Source: an uncultured Chloroflexia bacterium
GTDB taxonomy: Bacteria > Chloroflexota > Limnocylindria > Limnocylindrales > CSP1-4
DNA length: 64,000 nucleotides
NCBI GenBank assembly: GCA_963720755.1
Contig: CAVRGP010000001.1
Coordinates: 1 to 64,000, forward strand
Reading direction: 5' to 3'
Position numbers and translations under genes: made by a program. Below are positions 58,987 to 64,000 of the stretch, in pieces. Each line of letters opens with the position of its first letter. Position 1 is the stretch's first letter. A model generated the notes under the pieces. That model did no database searches. It was not told the DNA's origin and worked only from the letters and a program-made list of their open reading frames with translations.

Positions 58987-59913
58987 GCGCCGATCGCGAC
59001 CTCACGCGCATCGTCCGGTCGTGGCTGCACACCGACGAGCACGAATCCGCGAGTCATGTCCTGGACAACGTGCTCGCCATGCTTGACACGACCCCACAGC
59101 GCCGCTCCTGGTGGCCGGCGCGGAGGTCCACCGACTTGAACACATATGCCAAATTCGCGATCTCGGCCGCGGCCATCGTGGTCGTGGCGATCGTCGGCTT
59201 CAACCTGATGCCCACGAACGGCGGACTCACCGGTGGGGTCGCATCGACGCCCTCGCCGTCGCCCACACCGATACCAACGCCGAGTCCGACGGCCGCGCCG
59301 AGCCCGACTCCGAAGCCCGAACCGACAGCGACGCCGGTCGCCTTTGCCTTTCCCCCCCAAGGATCGTTGGCGATCGGCCGGCACGATTTCACGATCAACG
59401 GCGTCCCGTTCTCGCTCGAGTTGACCACCGCTGACTGGCTGAGCAACGGCAGCTTCGGGGTCGACAAGGGCTCAAACACCGAACTGACTCCCGATGGTGC
59501 TGGGTTCATCTTCTGGCAGGATCCTCCGATCGGGGTCTTCGCCGCTCCGTGCGCCAGCACTGAGAGCCCACCGGCCGGGTCGGTGGCAGACCTTGCCGCG
59601 GCCGTCGCCTCGATCCCGGGCACTGACCTAGTCAGCGGACCCACCGACGTGACCGTGGGTGGGTTTCCCGCCAAGCACGTCGTGATCACCATTCGCGACG
59701 ACATCGGCTGCCCGCCGAACTCGTTCTATCTCTGGTACGGCACACGGTGCAGGAAATGCGCGCTACGCGTCCGCGACAGGATCGACGATCTACGCGTGGA
59801 TGATCATGGTCAACGGGCGGATGGTGTGGGTCGACGGCGAAACCTACGAGGGCGCCGGTCCCAAGCCCGCGAATGAGATCCAGCAGATCATCGATTCCAT
59901 CCAGTTCAAGTAA
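58983..59913 (+). CDS. Putative membrane-anchored anti-sigma factor, frameshift near 59745
   Basis: ATGA overlap with the sigma gene, one TM helix, Pro/Thr linker, extracellular domain ending IQQIIDSIQFK in a shifted frame. Confidence 0.7.
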
Positions 59914-59919
59914 GCATCT

Positions 59920-59960
59920 GCGGACGTGGCGGCCCGATCTCCTAGGGCTGCCGCGTCCGC
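59920..59960. terminator. Hairpin between convergent genes
   Basis: GCGGACGTGGCGGCCC-loop-GGGCTGCCGCGTCCGC. Confidence 0.55.
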
Positions 59961-60018
59961 GCTTGTTGCAGACCGGGGCGGAGGCTGAGGCATCAGCGCG
60001 GCGCCGGGCCGGATCCCG

Positions 60019-60438
60019 TCAGCGGAGATCCGGCAGCATCGTGTAGACGAGGCACTCCCCGCGCAGGACTTCCGTGCCGTCCGCCCGGCGAGCCCGGCAA
60101 CGGAGCTTCGTGATCGGCTTGTCCTCGCGAGCCTCGATGACCTCGACCTCCGCGGTCACGGTATCGCCCAAGTACACGGGCGCCGGATAGTCCCACTCCT
60201 GGTGCAGGAAGACGCTGCCTGGGCCTGGCAGACGCATCGCGACGATCGCGTTGAACAAGCCGGTCGTCAGTCCTCCCTGGACCACGAGCCGGCCGACGCG
60301 GGTGCTCGCGGCGAACGCCTCGTCGAAGTGCAGCGGGTTCCGGTCGCCGGATAGTCCCGCGAACGCCTCCACGTCGTCAGCGGAGAACGTCCTCGTCCAG
60401 GTCGCCGTGGCGCCGACTGCTGGGGGCTGCCATGTCAT
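60019..60438 (-). CDS. MaoC-family dehydratase (hotdog fold)
   Basis: FAGLSGDRNPLH, LPGPG, PVYLGDTV. Confidence 0.88.
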   Translation of the reverse strand: MTWQPPAVGATATWTRTFSADDVEAFAGLSGDRNPLHFDEAFAASTRVGRLVVQGGLTTGLFNAIVAMRLPGPGSVFLHQEWDYPAPVYLGDTVTAEVEVIEAREDKPITKLRCRARRADGTEVLRGECLVYTMLPDLR

Positions 60439-60530
60439 CGAACGATCTCCTCCGATCGATGGGGCAATCACCTGTCGGTCTCCGAACGATAGCCGTTCGC
60501 CGGGCCTCCGAGCTCCGACCAGCGCGTCCT

Positions 60531-61853
60531 CTAGGGGGCGGGACAACCCTCGGTGAGGGTGGGTTGCGAGACCACGGGGCCAAGCCGGAACCCGTCCGTC
60601 ATCGCCGCGAGGAACGCGGAACGAGTCGTGTCGTCGGCGGCGATCCGCCAGTCGACGTCGGCATTGACCTCGCTCTCGAACTTCCGCCACTCGAACCAAT
60701 TGACGATCCGGATCAGCGGGAATGCCGCCCGTGTCTCGGGCGAGAGGACCTGGCTGAGCCAAGCCGTCTTGATCGATGCCGCCGTCGCGCCGCCGCCCCC
60801 GGGTCGGAAGAACGCGGCCGTCTCGACGATGGCCAGCGGCTTGTCGTACCGCTCCGCGTACCCGGCGTAGAAGTCCGTCGTCGATGCACGACCTGACGAA
60901 CTGGTCCCGGTCAGGAGCTGCGCGAACTTGTCCGGCGTTGGCACGGTGTTGGCGCCCCACGGGTAGGAATCTCCCCAGTGGTACAGACTCATCCCCACCC
61001 AATCCACGTAGGACGCACCCGGCCAGTACGGAGCGTACGGATCGTCCCTGGGTCCGAGCCTGCCGTTCCCATCGGTGTCGAGCGCCTGCGCTGCGGGCGA
61101 CCCGGGCACCGCCTCGTACCTGCCGCCGGAGTACGGATAGCCATCCGCCTGGTTCGGTGCCCACAGCATGGCGGCCGTCGGTGCGGTCGTGTGGACCACA
61201 TCCGAGACCCGTCGGAACGCGGCCACATAGGCAGCCGGGTCCTGGCTCCACGGGTACCACGAGCCGTTCATCTCGTGGGCGAACCGGACGATCGTCGGGA
61301 CGCCGTCCGCGCCGAAGGCCGCCAGCAGCTTGGCCAGTTCGGCGATCGCGCCATCGGTCACAGAGGCGAGCCCGCCCCATGGCTCGAGGGTGACGATCAG
61401 GACGCTGCCGGCGTCGGCAGCCTGGTTGGCGGCGGCAGTCAGGTTGGTCCGGTCGTCGGCCGTCAGCGGGAACGACACGAAGCTGACGACCGTGGCCGGT
61501 GGAGCCCCCAGTGCATCCGCGGCTTGAGCGACGGTCTGCGAGGCCCAGTCGAGGTTCATCCCGACCCACACGCCCGACTCGGGGCCGACGCGTGCGAGCG
61601 CACTGAGATCGGCCGCCGCTTCGGTCGATGGACACGGGGTCGGCGCGACGGTCGGCGACGCGGTCGCGGCAGCCGCTGTGGCGGCGGGTGGCGATACGCT
61701 CGCGACGGCCCGAACCTGAGCCGAGGCATCGCCCGAGCACGCGCTCAGTCCCATGGCGAGCACGACGCCCACGATGAACGTTGTGCCGACGTGGCCATGC
61801 CGTCCCGGGCGGGGCGCGACGAGACGATCCTGGGGCGCGAACTGGCGGGACAT
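60531..61853 (-). CDS. Glycoside hydrolase family 26 lipoprotein
   Basis: Lipobox LSAC, RFAHEMNGSWYPW, WAPN, YWPG..YVDWVG, KPLAIVET. Confidence 0.88.
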   Translation of the reverse strand: MSRQFAPQDRLVAPRPGRHGHVGTTFIVGVVLAMGLSACSGDASAQVRAVASVSPPAATAAAATASPTVAPTPCPSTEAAADLSALARVGPESGVWVGMNLDWASQTVAQAADALGAPPATVVSFVSFPLTADDRTNLTAAANQAADAGSVLIVTLEPWGGLASVTDGAIAELAKLLAAFGADGVPTIVRFAHEMNGSWYPWSQDPAAYVAAFRRVSDVVHTTAPTAAMLWAPNQADGYPYSGGRYEAVPGSPAAQALDTDGNGRLGPRDDPYAPYWPGASYVDWVGMSLYHWGDSYPWGANTVPTPDKFAQLLTGTSSSGRASTTDFYAGYAERYDKPLAIVETAAFFRPGGGGATAASIKTAWLSQVLSPETRAAFPLIRIVNWFEWRKFESEVNADVDWRIAADDTTRSAFLAAMTDGFRLGPVVSQPTLTEGCPAP

Positions 61854-61918
61854 GGGCCTATCGTTCCCGGGATGGTGGGAAGACGCTATCGCGCAATCGT
61901 CCTAGACCGAGGGGCAGA

Positions 61919-62587
61919 ATGCAGTCCATGGGACCCGGTGGCACGAAGGTGGGTATCGCCGCCGGGATCACCGCTCCGATCACGACCTGGACGCTGAGTG
62001 CCATCGTCATCGCGAGTTGGCCCGGCTACGATCCCGTGTCGCAGTCGATCAGCAGCCTCGTCGGCGCCCCGCTCGGATGGCTCCTGAACGTCGCCTTCGC
62101 GCTCGGCGGCCTGCTTGGTGTCGCGTGGGCCTTCGGCCTTGCCAGCGTGCTGGGCTCGACATCGCGGGATCGCGCCTGGGTCCGCGGCCTGCTCCTCGTT
62201 CAGGCCGGCCTCATCCTGGGCTTCGCCATCCTGCCGACCGACCCCGGCGGATCTCCCACGACGCTGATCGGGCGGCTCCATCTAGTCGATTTCTACCTGT
62301 ACGCGCTGACGATGCCGCTGATCCTCGCCGTGCTGGCGATGGTGATGCGTCGCGATGCCCGGTGGCGGGCCGGCGTCCGGCCGACGGTTCTCGCTGCCAG
62401 CCTTACCGTCATCGCCGCGATCCTCGTCCCGGCGACCGTCGATGGCCCGCTCACCCCGTGGCTCGGACTTCTCGAACGGATCTACGTCGCGATCCCATCG
62501 ATCTGGCAGATCGGCGTCGGCCTGGCTGCCTGGCGACTGACGGCGCCCTCCGGTGGGGCGACATCGCTGGGTCCCCGGACCGAGTAG
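61919..62587 (+). CDS. DUF998-like membrane protein
   Basis: PGYDPVSQSISSL, PTDP...GRLH, GLLER. Confidence 0.75.
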   Translation: MQSMGPGGTKVGIAAGITAPITTWTLSAIVIASWPGYDPVSQSISSLVGAPLGWLLNVAFALGGLLGVAWAFGLASVLGSTSRDRAWVRGLLLVQAGLILGFAILPTDPGGSPTTLIGRLHLVDFYLYALTMPLILAVLAMVMRRDARWRAGVRPTVLAASLTVIAAILVPATVDGPLTPWLGLLERIYVAIPSIWQIGVGLAAWRLTAPSGGATSLGPRTE

Positions 62588-62622
62588 CCTCACAGGATCG
62601 CGAATAACGACAGGGAGACGGC

Positions 62623-63096
62623 GTGACGCACGAGTACGTGATCGCGACCGGGGGCATCGTCCTCGGTGCGCCCCAAACCGGCGGCCGTATCCCGACCGCG
62701 GTCGGCTGGGCTGCGGATCGGATCCTGGCGGTCGGGTCGGACGCGGTGGTCACGGCGATCTCACGCGGCGACTCGACGTTCATCGACGTCGAGGGTTGCG
62801 CGATCGGCCCGGCCCCGAACGACCCGGCTGCGGCCGAACGGCTCATCCGCTCGTTGGTAAAAGCGGGCCGCCCATTCGGCACGATCGAGGCCCTGGGCGG
62901 TGCCGGCCTCCTCGAGACGGTCGAGCCGCTCGAAGCTGGAGCCCCGGCCGATCTCGCATTCTGGGACGCCGTCCCGGAAACATCGCCTCGAGCGTCGGGA
63001 TCGACGCTTCGGATCGTCGCGGTCGTCCGCCGTGGGGCGTTCACCGAGGGCGACGAGCACCTCGGACCGTTCAGGCGGGTCGCGCCGTCCGGGTGA
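62623..63096 (+). CDS. Amidohydrolase-like beta-sandwich only (catalytic barrel absent)
   Basis: N-terminal RILAVGSD...IDVEG joined almost directly to C-terminal LEAGAPADLAFWD. Confidence 0.55.
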   Translation: MTHEYVIATGGIVLGAPQTGGRIPTAVGWAADRILAVGSDAVVTAISRGDSTFIDVEGCAIGPAPNDPAAAERLIRSLVKAGRPFGTIEALGGAGLLETVEPLEAGAPADLAFWDAVPETSPRASGSTLRIVAVVRRGAFTEGDEHLGPFRRVAPSG

Positions 63097-64000
63097 CAGG
63101 GTCCAGCGCATCCGACGGCACCACGGACGTGGACGCCGGCAGGAGCCAGCGGAACAGGATCGGGGTCACGGTCGCCGTCGCCGCCGCCAGGATGATGATC
63201 TCCGACTCGAGCCGGGCGTCGAGCAGCCCGAGCTGCACCCCGAGGGCAGCGACCACGATGATCAGCGACAGCCGGGCCGACAGCAGGACGCCGGCCGCGA
63301 TGGCTTCCCGAACCGTGTGGCGGCGACCGACGAGCAGGAGCGACGGGACGACTTTCACGGCGATGGCCACTACGAACAGGGCGAGCGTGGCGAGCAGGGC
63401 CTCCGGGTCGGCGATAGCGTCGAGCTGGAAGCGGATCCCGACGCTGATGAAGAAGATCGGGATGAGGAAGCCGTAGGCGAACCCGGTCAGCTTCCGATCC
63501 AGGCCGCCGCGATTGCGGAACACGGCAGCGAAGCTCATCCCGGCCAGGAAGGCCCCGAGGATCGGCTCGATGCCGAGCGCCAGGGCGAGGCCGACGAAGA
63601 TCAACATCAGCGCGAGCGCGAACCGGATCCCGACTTCGTCGGGATCATCGACGTCGAACAGGCGGCCGAACCGTTCCGGCCACCACCACGCGGCCCGTCG
63701 CAGGGTGAACAGGGTCGCAACAGCGATCACCAGGAATGCGGGGAGTGCCAGCAATCGCGGACCGAAGCCGAATTCGGTCACGAGCGCGACGACGGTGACG
63801 GCCAGCAGGGTCAGGAAGTCCGCCAGCAGCGCGTTGACCAGGATGTCCTGACCGAGCGGCGATGCGATCCTGCGCGTCGCGCGCAGGGTCGGCACGACGA
63901 GGCCGACGGACGTCGTGGACAGCACAAGTGTCAGGAAGATGCTCAGACCGAGCAGTTGCGCGACGACCCACGAGCAGGCGACCGTGGCCGCGAAGACGGC
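63071..64000 (-). CDS. Cation:proton antiporter (CPA2), 5' end outside the window
   Basis: LSTTSVG, LLADF, ILGAFLAG, PIFFISVG, ARLSL. Confidence 0.88.
   Translation of the reverse strand, partial: AVFAATVACSWVVAQLLGLSIFLTLVLSTTSVGLVVPTLRATRRIASPLGQDILVNALLADFLTLLAVTVVALVTEFGFGPRLLALPAFLVIAVATLFTLRRAAWWWPERFGRLFDVDDPDEVGIRFALALMLIFVGLALALGIEPILGAFLAGMSFAAVFRNRGGLDRKLTGFAYGFLIPIFFISVGIRFQLDAIADPEALLATLALFVVAIAVKVVPSLLLVGRRHTVREAIAAGVLLSARLSLIIVVAALGVQLGLLDARLESEIIILAAATATVTPILFRWLLPASTSVVPSDALDPVTRTARPA

Noticed and set aside
600-59913. About a dozen frameshifted genes (HEAT, hyi, 7118 orphan, OCD, bicupin, epimerase, P450, racemase, VOC, marR end, anti-sigma) as pseudogenes or programmed frameshifts
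   Set aside because: The indels are single-base, several in short homopolymers, spread over unrelated genes in both halves with motifs otherwise intact. This fits long-read error best; raw reads are needed to decide.

Overview
GC-rich bacterial DNA. The ECF sigma/anti-sigma pair and general gene style suggest Chloroflexota such as Limnocylindria, or an actinobacterium-like organism (inference only). The window has two halves split at a tRNA-Gly(CCC) at 35301-35376. Left half (1-35164): visibly less GC-rich and mostly Shine-Dalgarno-led. It is a ~32 kb catabolic cluster with two ABC importers, hyi, two P450s, three SDRs, cupins, an OCD/mu-crystallin, an LLM oxidoreductase, a PTE, a ribokinase, DhaKL and LsrF/LsrG-like genes. 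A palindromic operator recurs at five promoters around a GntR regulator. The half ends in a coupled DUF5343-like + Swt1-type HEPN (RNxxAH) pair, a candidate defence or toxin-antitoxin system. Right half: higher GC, with many apparently leaderless genes. It holds a compact cyclic-nucleotide signalling locus (two MerR-like-HTH adenylate cyclases around a cNMP-binding histidine kinase and a receiver-TrxB-like fusion lacking CxxC, plus a DUF2652-SRPBCC cyclase-like protein). It also carries a head-to-head pair of AlaDH/CEOS-like paralogues, a Cu-ATPase, TetR/MFS, MarR, an ECF sigma and a GH26. About a dozen genes are split by single-base indels, which look like long-read assembly errors rather than true pseudogenes. 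All family assignments come from motif recognition by eye; no database searches were run.
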